A stretch of 64,000 nt of DNA from Calditrichia bacterium (lineage in GTDB: Bacteria; Calditrichota; Calditrichia; RBG-13-44-9; J075). The notes beneath the pieces were generated by a model that saw only the letters and a program-made list of their open reading frames with translations, was not told the DNA's origin and did no database searches. Shown here in pieces: positions 30,210 to 39,368 of the stretch (positions are counted from its first letter, which is position 1; each line of letters starts with the position of its first letter). Made by a program: the position numbers and the translations under genes. The stretch is taken from assembly GCA_050633245.1 (NCBI GenBank), contig JBOEGD010000007.1:251624-315623 (forward strand), in the 5' to 3' direction.

Positions 30210-31199
30210 TTATGGCACTTCAACGTGATTCAATACTCGGCGAACGATGTCTTCCGAGGTTACTTCTTCCGCTTCAGCTTCGTAGGTCAATAACACGCGA
30301 TGACGCAAGACATCAAGTCCTATTGCCTTAATGTCTTCAGGCGTAACATAGCCGCGGCGGCGCAGGAAGGCATGTGCTTTAGCAGCAGCCTTCAGGCTTA
30401 ATGAAGCACGTGGAGACGCGCCAAATGCCAACAACGGCTTTAAATCGCGCAGACCATAGCTTTCAGGGTCACGGGTAGCAAAGACCAAATCCACAATATA
30501 GCGTTCGATCTTTTCATCCATATACACTTGGTTGACCAACTTCCGCGCAGCAACAATTTCTTTCGGCTTAACAACCGCCTTTGTCTCGAGAGCAGCCCCA
30601 TCGCCCATTTGGCGAATAATCTTAAGTTCTTCATCCTTGGTAGGATAACTGACGCGCAACTTCAGCATAAATCGGTCTACCTGGGCTTCGGGCAGCGGAT
30701 AGGTTCCTTCCTGCTCGATTGGGTTTTGCGTCGCCATAACCAGGAAGGGGTCTTCCAGCTTATAGGTTTCGTCGCCAATGGTAACCTGGCGTTCCTGCAT
30801 CGCTTCAAGAAGCGCGCTCTGAACCTTGGCTGGAGAACGGTTTATCTCATCTGCTAATATGAGGTTGGCAAATATCGGGCCTTTATGAGTCGTAAAGGTG
30901 CCGTTTTTCTGATTGTAGATAAGAGTTCCCAACAGGTCTGCCGGTAGAAGGTCCGGCGTAAACTGAATGCGATTAAACTTGCCATCGATGACCTTGGCAA
31001 CGGTGTTTACCGTAAGCGTTTTCGCCAGACCGGGTACACCTTCCAGCAGAACATGCCCATTGGCAAGCAGGCCAATAACCAAGCGCTCAACCATATACTT
31101 CTGGCCGATGATAACTCGTCCCACCTCGCTGAGAATTTTTTCAACGAACGCACTTTCCTGCTGTATTTTTTCGTTTATCGCTTGAATATCGATTTCCAT
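30210..31199 (-). CDS. MoxR family AAA+ ATPase
   Basis: LLEGVPGLAKT, RIQFTPDLLPAD, LADEINR, ATQNPIEQEGTYPLPEAQVDRF, GASPRA. Confidence 0.97.
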   Translation of the reverse strand: MEIDIQAINEKIQQESAFVEKILSEVGRVIIGQKYMVERLVIGLLANGHVLLEGVPGLAKTLTVNTVAKVIDGKFNRIQFTPDLLPADLLGTLIYNQKNGTFTTHKGPIFANLILADEINRSPAKVQSALLEAMQERQVTIGDETYKLEDPFLVMATQNPIEQEGTYPLPEAQVDRFMLKLRVSYPTKDEELKIIRQMGDGAALETKAVVKPKEIVAARKLVNQVYMDEKIERYIVDLVFATRDPESYGLRDLKPLLAFGASPRASLSLKAAAKAHAFLRRRGYVTPEDIKAIGLDVLRHRVLLTYEAEAEEVTSEDIVRRVLNHVEVP

Positions 31200-31208
31200 G
31201 ATGCCTCC

Positions 31209-32138
31209 TTAGGACGGACTGTTTTGTTCAAGCAAAAAGGATTCAATTGCATTGTATATGCTGCTAAACTCTTCAGGTTGCAGCTTCTTACCGGCAAAAC
31301 GCACCAGGTCGACTGTGGCCAGCGCATTTCCCAGCTTATCAGATTGCGAATTTTTTAAATCAGATGCGTTTACTGCAGCAAGCAAGTCTGTTGCTGTTTC
31401 CGTTCCACGCACGCTTTCTATCTTCGATGATAAATATCCAATAAACAATTTGGCAAGCTTCAGCACCATTTCATTTAGATTCGTACCCTTAGGGTCTATA
31501 TCTTGTGCAATTTGCTTCAAAAGCACTTCTTCTTCGGTCGCATTCTCAGCAGCAGAATCGGACTCTCTGGCTCTTCTCTTCTTCAAAAAGATCAAAATAA
31601 AATAACCAATCGTAAGCAGAAAAATACCGAGCAATACCATGTAAATCAGTGAAGAGACTGCATCGCTGCCTTCTGAAACCGGCGCAACAATTTCAACCAT
31701 TACGCGCTGTGAAACCAGCTTATCGGAAGCGCCGGTTTGGGTATCACGATAGTTAACCTCAAGGCCATCGATATAGGCCATTCCCTGTTCTACCGCTCGT
31801 AATTTGTAGGTAATCATTTTAGTCGAACGCAGACCACCGCTTTCAACCGGATCGAGTCGATTGGTTGAGCCACTGCCTTCCATTAAGAGATTGGTGAGCA
31901 CAGGTTGTGGGATCCCTGAAATTTGATAGCGGCTCATATCGCCGCTCCAGGAAAGCTCTAAATGGAAAAGAACATTTTGATTCAATGGAATCTGACCAGA
32001 GTCGACATAAGCCCGAAGTGCAATAGAGCTGGTCTGCTGGGCGACAGCCAGTGAATCTGCGCGTAGCGGGTACGCACTAATCAGAAGAAATGCGACGGCA
32101 AGGAGTCGTTGTAAAATAGTAAATGCGTTGCGTGTCAT
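31209..32138 (-). CDS. BatD-like Ig domain + TM protein, architectural paralog of 28245..29228
   Basis: Signal peptide, beta-rich domain, TM followed by KKRR, C-terminal DLVRFAG (compare DLVKFAK). Confidence 0.7.
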   Translation of the reverse strand: MTRNAFTILQRLLAVAFLLISAYPLRADSLAVAQQTSSIALRAYVDSGQIPLNQNVLFHLELSWSGDMSRYQISGIPQPVLTNLLMEGSGSTNRLDPVESGGLRSTKMITYKLRAVEQGMAYIDGLEVNYRDTQTGASDKLVSQRVMVEIVAPVSEGSDAVSSLIYMVLLGIFLLTIGYFILIFLKKRRARESDSAAENATEEEVLLKQIAQDIDPKGTNLNEMVLKLAKLFIGYLSSKIESVRGTETATDLLAAVNASDLKNSQSDKLGNALATVDLVRFAGKKLQPEEFSSIYNAIESFLLEQNSPS

Positions 32139-32322
32139 TATAGTCTCAACCGTAGCGGGTATCCGTCAGTCTCTAATTACCATCTCCGGGTAGTTGACGA
32201 CAATGTGCTTAAAAAAGTTTTATCCGGAAGATTTTAACAGGAACCTGAAGCGCATAGGCAGCCTTCAGATTCCTGAATACTGTTGTGGCAACAGCAAGCC
32301 CGACCTATTGGTCTGAAGAACA

Positions 32323-32721
32323 TTAATTTGCCGAGGGCTTATCGCCAGCTGGCTGTTCCCCGCCCAGGAAGGGTAGTTCCTCAACCGGCTTACCCAAATT
32401 GGTAAGCTCATATTGAGCGTCGTCTGCCAAATCGTGTTCGGGAAACTTCTCAATGAACTTCGAGTAGTATTCTTTTGCGCGATCAAAATCTTTAAGATGG
32501 TTTGCATTGATATACCCAACCATAAACAGCGACTTTGCGGCATAAACCCCTTCGGGGAAGTCGGTAGTAATACGAGCAAAGTTCTCTTCAGCCTTCTGCC
32601 AATTTTCCTGTCCCATATACTGCTGAGCCTGATCAAAATAGTCTTTTTCACTCAGCTTATCTTCGCAGGCAGTAAATAGCAATCCAAAGAGCGCTACCAG
32701 TAAAAGCCAACGTGATGTCAT
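32323..32721 (-). CDS. TPR lipoprotein (BamD/YbgF-like)
   Basis: SD GGAGG before ATG 32721; lipobox FTAC; TPRs ITTDFPEG and FIEKFPEHDLADDA. Confidence 0.8.
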   Translation of the reverse strand: MTSRWLLLVALFGLLFTACEDKLSEKDYFDQAQQYMGQENWQKAEENFARITTDFPEGVYAAKSLFMVGYINANHLKDFDRAKEYYSKFIEKFPEHDLADDAQYELTNLGKPVEELPFLGGEQPAGDKPSAN

Positions 32722-32762
32722 ATCGCCTCCTAAAGCAGATTTAAATGTTGACATAGGCGCTA

Positions 32763-32791
32763 AATATATCGGCTAGGCGTCAATAAAGCAA
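32763..32791 (-). promoter_or_regulatory. Putative sigma70 promoter for the TPR/MoxR-bat operon
   Basis: TTGCTT-17 nt-TATATT on the minus strand. Confidence 0.45.
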
Positions 32792-32847
32792 GTATAAAAG
32801 GCAGGTTTTGAAGGGCGGTGGGTAACAGATGATGTGAACGAATAGGA

Positions 32848-32875
32848 AACGGGTCGACACACGGGTCGACCCGTT
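32848..32875. terminator. Hairpin (terminator or REP-like) after the secreted protein gene
   Basis: AACGGGTCGAC-ACACGG-GTCGACCCGTT, an 11-bp perfect stem with only a short U tail. Confidence 0.6.
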
Positions 32876-32890
32876 AAAAGATCCGGGCTT

Positions 32891-33976
32891 TTATTTCAAA
32901 AGCACCATCTGTTTAATCTGCTGAGAGCCACCGGCAGACAAACGATAGAAATATATCCCGGCAGGTAAGTTTGCGGCATCAAAGGCCACACGATGCTGCC
33001 CGGATGTATGAAGTCCGCTGGCAAGTGTAGCAATTGCCTGACCGGCAACATTGTATACTGTCAACTCAGCCTCCATTGCGCGCGTCAGCTCATAGGCAAT
33101 TTCCGTAGTTGGGTTAAACGGGTTCGGATAGTTCTGATTTAACTGAAATCCCTTAACAGCCCTTTCTCTGTCCTCTCCAATTCCGGTCAGAGAATTTACT
33201 CGAAAATTAACAAACTCTGCCTGAGTAAAGTTCGGATTTGATTCATTATCCTGGCTGGTAACAATTGCCAGCGGACCAAACTCCTTGGTCACCCACTCAT
33301 ATTGAATATAGGTTCGCATGCTGGAAGAGATCGGCACACCGTTCACCACAACGGAAGTAAACTCTTGAACATCGCGGCGGATTCGTATTACATCAAAACT
33401 ACCAGCAGGGATTTCCATCGTGCCATAAGCATCATAGTTTCCATTAACGATACTGGAGTCGATACTCAGGAAAATACCGGGAATGCCAAAACGCATGACG
33501 TGAGTACTGGCAAATCCGTTACCCAATTGAATTGGAAAAGCTGCCAGCACTTCCTCGGGATCAAGCTTCAATGTAAACGTTGTATCAAGAGAGGAACCGC
33601 CTCCGCCATAGTAGCGAATATCGGCCGGGTTTATAGAAAAGAAAAAGTCGATGTTAATTGAATCTTCTACAAAGCTATAAGCGAAATTTGCATCAGGGAA
33701 TTCGCTGCTGAATGGACTGGTGGCGGGATCAACAATATTAAAGTCAAAGACCGTTCCATTTGGATACATCGTCTCATTAAATGTCCAGGTTTGCGGCCCG
33801 CCAGCCATACCAACATTAACGGCTTGCAAACCACCCTCAGATACTTCATAGTTACTATATGTATCACCAAAGTTTGGTGTAAAGTCACTTGAGTTAATCA
33901 CGATCTGACCAGATGCAAGCTGTGAAGCAAAAAGCAAAGTCGTAATTAGGGTAATAACGGTAGAGAATTTTTTCAT
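32891..33976 (-). CDS. Secreted protein with a C-terminal sorting (T9SS type A-like) domain
   Basis: Signal peptide; C-terminal LNQNYPNPFNPTTEIAY...LTVYNVAGQ...LPAGIYFYRL...MVLLK; SD AAGGAG. Confidence 0.85.
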   Translation of the reverse strand: MKKFSTVITLITTLLFASQLASGQIVINSSDFTPNFGDTYSNYEVSEGGLQAVNVGMAGGPQTWTFNETMYPNGTVFDFNIVDPATSPFSSEFPDANFAYSFVEDSINIDFFFSINPADIRYYGGGGSSLDTTFTLKLDPEEVLAAFPIQLGNGFASTHVMRFGIPGIFLSIDSSIVNGNYDAYGTMEIPAGSFDVIRIRRDVQEFTSVVVNGVPISSSMRTYIQYEWVTKEFGPLAIVTSQDNESNPNFTQAEFVNFRVNSLTGIGEDRERAVKGFQLNQNYPNPFNPTTEIAYELTRAMEAELTVYNVAGQAIATLASGLHTSGQHRVAFDAANLPAGIYFYRLSAGGSQQIKQMVLLK

Positions 33977-34127
33977 CAAGGAGCTCCTTTGTAGGTGTTT
34001 GTATTCGCAAATAATCTATAAGGACGAAATATAGCCCTATCTGACTCAAAATAAATTATTGCGTTTCCACCTATTAGGAGTAGTAGACGTTAGTATTTCT
34101 CTCATGAAAGGTAAAACCGACAGTCTG

Positions 34128-34169
34128 CAATGAATAATGAACAATTGACAATGAACAATTGACAATGTT
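34128..34169 (+). repeat. Degenerate heptamer array CAATGAA/CAATTGA x6
   Basis: CAATGAA TAATGAA CAATTGA CAATGAA CAATTGA CAATGTT, 12 nt past the GT2 fusion stop. Confidence 0.9.
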
Positions 34170-34181
34170 AATAACGTATTC

Positions 34182-36272
34182 TTATTGGGATTGGAAAAGC
34201 CCGAGGATGGCACGGAAGATAATCTGAATATCCAAAAAAACCGATTGATTGCGAATATAGAAGAGATCGAACTGCTCGGCATCTTCCGGAGATTGGATGC
34301 GGTTTTTATTCAGCTGCACCAAACCAGTAATGCCCGGTTGATACCAATAGTCTGTATGTTCCACAGCGTTATTTGATTCCTGAATAACCGAACCAACCAG
34401 CGATAGCCTCCCACGCACCACTTCCCAAAGTTGTAACCAGCGATTCAGTAGCGCTGATCGAGACAGACCTTCTACTTGAAGAATGTTCAACTCCGGCTCC
34501 GTTCGACTGTAGATATCCAGCCGGTGCAAGCGTTTAACAAACAGTAATAAACCCGGCAAACAAAATATGCCAAGAAGTATCAAGCTAATCAAGCCGACTC
34601 CCATATCCATAACGCGTTTGCTAAGCCGATTAAATGGCTTACCGATGGCATAATCAACTTCAAGAAGTGGATAATCGTCCAGTCGTTCGATGGTCGACTT
34701 TCCAATTAAAAACTCCAGGTTTGCCGGGACAATTTTATATTCCAGCTGCGGCAGATCAATTTGGCTCATCGTCTGCAATATCTGTTCATAACTAAGCACA
34801 TCCGAGGCAAAAATCACCTGTTGAGCGCGATGAATGCGAATGAGTTGATCCAAATTTTCCAACCTACCCAAAACCGGAATGTCTGCATCGAGCAACTCGC
34901 GGTTCTCATCAGACGGAGTTACTGCACCAATCATATTGTAGCTGATATCGCGCAGGTCGCGGATTTTCTGCCAGAGCATTACCAGTCCGGCTCCACTTCC
35001 TACGAGCAAGGTAGGTCGAATAAAAATATCTTTACCCCATGCCGAGCGATCACCCTTAAAGAAATTTCGCAACACCTGACGCCAACCAATCATAAGTAAG
35101 GGAGTTGCAATTGCAGCCAGCAATACAACGCTTCGAGAGAAGGCGAATTGCTTTAAGAAAAAGGTTAGACAACCCAAAATGGTAAACGTAAGCAGAGTAT
35201 TTTTAATTATCCCCTGAATGGAAAGACGCTGTCGCGGATACACTTCCAGATAGGTTCCGCCCAAGACAAAGATGAACGAAGAAAGCGCATTAATCACCCA
35301 GTATTGCGAGAAGAAGTCTGCCCATAGGAAACCATCTTTAAACTGAAGTCGAATAATAAACGACACCAGAAGAACGATGTTAAGGATAAATAAATCCAGG
35401 ATTAGCGGAAAGTGTTCACGCAGAAAATTGCGGGTGTAAATAAACACCCCCCGTAGCACAATACCGATGACGATTAACCAGCGAAATAAAAAGATGCTGC
35501 CCTGCGCATAATATTTATCGAAAAATTGATAGAGAGCTTTGTTGAAGGTAACCACATAATCCACGTTGTTCTTCTTGGTACTCTCGCCCTTGTAGTGGAT
35601 AATCTGCGTCGTAGGAACATAATAGATGGTATGTCCGGCCTCGTTTATTCGATGACATAGATCGATGTCTTCGCAGTACATAAAGAATCGCTCATCAAAA
35701 TATCCGATTTCATCCAGCACGGCCTTTTTTACCATCATAAACGAACCAGAGATTGCCGGAACCGGATAGGTTTCATCCGGGTCGAGATAGGTAAGGTTAT
35801 AGCGAGCAAACAATTTGCTTTTAGGGAAAAGCTTACTTAAACCGGTCACCTTCCAGAAGGCAATCATTGGTGTCGGAATGCTATGGCGGCAATCGACAGC
35901 AAATGAACCATCCGGGTTAATGATTTTACAGGTAGCAGCATCAGCTTTAGGCTCCGACTCAAAAAATGCCAATAGTTTCGAGAACGTATCTTCCTGAACA
36001 ACGGTGTCCGGATTTATCATCACGACGTATTCACCGCGAACCTGTTCTAGGGCAAGATTGTTTGCTCTGCCAAACCCGAGATTTGTTTCGCTTGCAATCA
36101 TTTTCACATCTGGAAAGCGATTGCGAATATGCGCTACGCTATCGTCTACAGAGGCGTTATCTACTACAATTATTTCATTGCTGATATTCTCCAACGAGCG
36201 TTCCAGAGATAGCAATAGCTGCTCTAAATACTCTTTCACATTATAGTTGACGATAACAAAGGAAAGCTTCAA
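34182..36272 (-). CDS. GT2 glycosyltransferase fused to a degenerate WcaJ/WbaP-like module
   Basis: IVNYN, VVDNASVD, NLGFGRANN, INPDT, FDERFFMYCEDID; then TMs, Rossmann-like LLVGSG, KRVMD and PGITGLVQ. The DELPQ and GPRP motifs are degenerate. Confidence 0.88.
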   Translation of the reverse strand: MKLSFVIVNYNVKEYLEQLLLSLERSLENISNEIIVVDNASVDDSVAHIRNRFPDVKMIASETNLGFGRANNLALEQVRGEYVVMINPDTVVQEDTFSKLLAFFESEPKADAATCKIINPDGSFAVDCRHSIPTPMIAFWKVTGLSKLFPKSKLFARYNLTYLDPDETYPVPAISGSFMMVKKAVLDEIGYFDERFFMYCEDIDLCHRINEAGHTIYYVPTTQIIHYKGESTKKNNVDYVVTFNKALYQFFDKYYAQGSIFLFRWLIVIGIVLRGVFIYTRNFLREHFPLILDLFILNIVLLVSFIIRLQFKDGFLWADFFSQYWVINALSSFIFVLGGTYLEVYPRQRLSIQGIIKNTLLTFTILGCLTFFLKQFAFSRSVVLLAAIATPLLMIGWRQVLRNFFKGDRSAWGKDIFIRPTLLVGSGAGLVMLWQKIRDLRDISYNMIGAVTPSDENRELLDADIPVLGRLENLDQLIRIHRAQQVIFASDVLSYEQILQTMSQIDLPQLEYKIVPANLEFLIGKSTIERLDDYPLLEVDYAIGKPFNRLSKRVMDMGVGLISLILLGIFCLPGLLLFVKRLHRLDIYSRTEPELNILQVEGLSRSALLNRWLQLWEVVRGRLSLVGSVIQESNNAVEHTDYWYQPGITGLVQLNKNRIQSPEDAEQFDLFYIRNQSVFLDIQIIFRAILGLFQSQ

Positions 36273-38791
36273 GACTTTCCTCCTTCCCTTTTGCCCGGCT
36301 TATGGACAATTAGCAACAGACTGCGAAGCATGACGCGCACATCAAGCATCAGAGAGATATTCTCAGCATAAAAGATATCTACCTTTAAGCGTTCCTTCAG
36401 AACCTTCTGAGATTCATTGAAACGATAGCGTACTTGTGCAAGGCCTGTCACCCCGGGCCGCACCATCAAGCGACGATGCAGGAACTGTAGCTTATGTTGA
36501 TTGGTACGGTACCAATCAAGTGATTCCGGACGAGGTCCAACCAAACTCATATCTCCGCGAAGCACATTGTAGAGCTGCGGAATACGATAGAGTTGGGATA
36601 GGTATAGTCGACTACCGAATTTTGTCAGTTTAGTCGAATTTGCTTCCCCCTGATAGACAGTTTCAGTAATGCGATTCGGCTTACCCAGGCGAAACAACAC
36701 CATGTTAAATATCCGGCCATTTCTGCCAAGAATTGGAATGCGAACCAACACCCCTTTTCCAAAACGACCGCGAATTAGAAAACCAACTGGCAACCAAATC
36801 GGCAGTAGTATCAGGATTGCCATAGCAGACAAGAATATATCCATTAGCCGTTTTACCACCCACTGACCCAACACCATGTTTTCTGGAAAGACACGCACTA
36901 AGCCATGCCCGGCAAGTCCTGGTGTTTTGCCGGAAACTATTTCCCCCAGAGCCGGCAGCGTTTTAACAACCACCTGCAGACGGTCGCAGATTCCAATAAT
37001 CTGGAGTAGATCCTGTCGGGAGCGGCCGCTGATCGTCACAATAATTTCCTGAATACGATGTTGTTGAATGAGATTAGGCAAATCCTCGTAGCTGCCCAAA
37101 ACCGGATAGTCACCAAACTCACCGCCATTCGCTTTGCGATCGACAACACCGACAATTCGGTACAGAAGATGATCATTTTTTTCGATATCACGAATGATAT
37201 TGCGCGTCTTCCGGGTGGTTCCAATCAGCAGCGTATTTTTGAACGTATACTCCCAGAGATGCAGGCGCTTCTGAAATTCGATGATTAATAAACGCAGTCC
37301 GTTTACACAGACAATCATTACCAAACAATAAAAGCCAAGAGTATAAATTTGATTGCGATTGAGTGGCGACTTATCTGCCTGACCGAGGAGCAAATCCAAG
37401 TTCATTAACAGCAGAAAGAAGAGTGTGCCATAGCCGATTACTTTGGAGACACGTAACAACTTATCGAAACGACTGACATCCCAGCCCATGCGATACAGCC
37501 CGTTCATCCAAAAAAGCAGCAGCCAAAACCCGGTAAGAAATAAAAACGCCGGATTTTCCAGGTATTCCCAGAGGGCTTTATTTTCTTCTGCGAACTGCAT
37601 TCCAGATTGAAAGCGAAACCAAAAGGTAAGATACAGTGCCAGGAACATCCCCACGATATCGGATGTAAAGATAGCTATCTGATGCCAAATGCGATCCAGG
37701 TTTATCGGCGGACGTAGAGCAGCCGGCGTTTTGGTTTCATCTAATCCAAAGCTGACAATCTGCCGCGTTTCCACATAGCCAAGTCGCCATGCCCAAAATA
37801 ATGAGCAAGTAAGCGCTATTAAAAACAGAAAGGCGCCGGCAAGCTCCTGATAAAACACCATTAGCACACCAAGGATCGTATATAGCAGCGTTAGATAATA
37901 CATTAACCAAACGGTATCAATATGTGTCAATCCCAACTTTAGCAGGCGATGATGAATATGTTCTTTATCAGGCTTGAAGGGATGATCACCCCGGCCCATT
38001 CGTCGCAGGAAGGAAATGAGGGTATCAGTTATCGGCATACCCAAAAGCACGAGAGAAGCAAGAAAGTACACCTGATGACTTCCGGCGACTTTTAGCCCTT
38101 CGATTGACAAGCAGGCTAACAGATAGCCCAGCATCAGACTGCCAGTATCTCCCATAAATATGGATGCCGGGTGATAATTATGTTTGAGGAAACCAATTAT
38201 TCCACCAATAATTGCAACCGAGAGCACCGCGAGAAAGACGTTTCCTTTGATGAGTGCAATAGCCATAAATCCACTGCTGATAATCAAACTAATGCCACCG
38301 GCAAGGCCATCGAGACCATCTAATAGATTCACGGCATTGATGATAAACATAATCCACAGGATGGTAAATGGATAGCTAAACCAACCCAGAGCTAACGTTC
38401 CCTGCTCCGGGCCATAAAAAGCACCTATCAAACAACCGCCGCTGGCAGCAATAAATGCGGCGGCAAACTGTCCGCCAAACTTCTGCAGAGCAGATACGCC
38501 CTGAATATCATCTACAAATCCGGTCACCAGAATAATTATTAAACCAACCCAGAAATGCCAGGTTTGCAGCCAGGTATCGGTTGGCAATACACCAATTAAT
38601 GTAGCGACACCTACGCTTATCAGGAGACCGACAAAAATGCCGAATCCTCCCATAATAGGCTTAAAGTCTGTATGGATTTTTCGGGCACTGGGCAGCGCAC
38701 CGATGCGGAATTTCAGAGCCATCTTCCGGATGGCACCAACCGCCAGCAGTGAAGTAAAGACAGATGTTAAAAAAACTGCAATCGTCGCCAT
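36269..38791 (-). CDS. WecA/TagO-like polytopic phosphoglycosyl transferase fused to a WcaJ/WbaP-like module
   Basis: PIMGG, GFVDD, NAVNLLDGLDGLA, IFMGDTGS, HIHHRLL; then TMs, LLIGT, KRLMD, GDMSLVGPRP, RPGVTGLAQV. Confidence 0.9.
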   Translation of the reverse strand: MATIAVFLTSVFTSLLAVGAIRKMALKFRIGALPSARKIHTDFKPIMGGFGIFVGLLISVGVATLIGVLPTDTWLQTWHFWVGLIIILVTGFVDDIQGVSALQKFGGQFAAAFIAASGGCLIGAFYGPEQGTLALGWFSYPFTILWIMFIINAVNLLDGLDGLAGGISLIISSGFMAIALIKGNVFLAVLSVAIIGGIIGFLKHNYHPASIFMGDTGSLMLGYLLACLSIEGLKVAGSHQVYFLASLVLLGMPITDTLISFLRRMGRGDHPFKPDKEHIHHRLLKLGLTHIDTVWLMYYLTLLYTILGVLMVFYQELAGAFLFLIALTCSLFWAWRLGYVETRQIVSFGLDETKTPAALRPPINLDRIWHQIAIFTSDIVGMFLALYLTFWFRFQSGMQFAEENKALWEYLENPAFLFLTGFWLLLFWMNGLYRMGWDVSRFDKLLRVSKVIGYGTLFFLLLMNLDLLLGQADKSPLNRNQIYTLGFYCLVMIVCVNGLRLLIIEFQKRLHLWEYTFKNTLLIGTTRKTRNIIRDIEKNDHLLYRIVGVVDRKANGGEFGDYPVLGSYEDLPNLIQQHRIQEIIVTISGRSRQDLLQIIGICDRLQVVVKTLPALGEIVSGKTPGLAGHGLVRVFPENMVLGQWVVKRLMDIFLSAMAILILLPIWLPVGFLIRGRFGKGVLVRIPILGRNGRIFNMVLFRLGKPNRITETVYQGEANSTKLTKFGSRLYLSQLYRIPQLYNVLRGDMSLVGPRPESLDWYRTNQHKLQFLHRRLMVRPGVTGLAQVRYRFNESQKVLKERLKVDIFYAENISLMLDVRVMLRSLLLIVHKPGKREGGKS

Positions 38792-38870
38792 ATCATCCCT
38801 GGCTTTGTGAAAAAGCACTAATCAAGGTAATCTAAAGTACCGGCTGGATTTGCACAAGGGAAATAGAAGG

Positions 38871-38896
38871 GACGGGGTGACGGGGTGACGGGGTGA
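38871..38896 (+). repeat. Octamer array (GACGGGGT)x3 upstream of the four-helix-bundle gene
   Basis: Read directly. A complementary arm GTCACCTTGTCA lies at 39353-39364. Confidence 0.9.
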
Positions 38897-38962
38897 TTAT
38901 CCAAAATTTTAGCTGTCTTCCAGAATATATAGTAGGCAACCAAGAGTAAAGGTGGAACAGAT

Positions 38963-39340
38963 ATGAGGAAAATCAGAAGTCACAAACGGCTTCTTGTGTA
39001 CCAAAATGCTTTTGAGGCGGCAATGTTAATTCTTGAATTATCCAAAACTTTCCCAATCTCAGAACGCTTTGAGCTCACAAACCAAATCAGAAGATCGTCA
39101 CGCTCGGTATGTGCAAACCTTGCTGAGGCCTGGAGAAAGAGGCGATATAAAGCAGCCTTCATTGCTAAACTAAGCGATTGTGAATCAGAGGCTTGCGAGA
39201 CACAGGTTCATTTAGAATTCTCTGTACGGTGCGGTTATCTGAATGAGGACACTTCTGTAGAATTAAATAAACAATACGATCATATTATTGCTCAATTAAT
39301 TACAATGATTAGAAGTTCAGACAAGTGGGTTACTGGCTAA
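38963..39340 (+). CDS. Four-helix-bundle protein (23S rRNA intervening-sequence protein family)
   Basis: HKRLLVYQ, FPISERFELTNQIRRSSRSVCANLAEAW, F...L....SEACET.....F...CGYL; 125 aa; antisense to both neighbours. Confidence 0.93.
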   Translation: MRKIRSHKRLLVYQNAFEAAMLILELSKTFPISERFELTNQIRRSSRSVCANLAEAWRKRRYKAAFIAKLSDCESEACETQVHLEFSVRCGYLNEDTSVELNKQYDHIIAQLITMIRSSDKWVTG

Positions 39341-39368
39341 CCTTTTTTCTTAGTCACCTTGTCAATTT

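Noticed and set aside
32239-32276. Hairpin CAGGAATCTGAAG/CTTCAGGTTCCTG after the TPR lipoprotein gene
   Set aside because: It is plausibly an ordinary mRNA-stabilising or weak terminator stem, with nothing further to support an ncRNA.
38963-39340. Diversity-generating retroelement (Avd-like protein)
   Set aside because: No reverse transcriptase and no TR/VR repeat pair were seen in the window.
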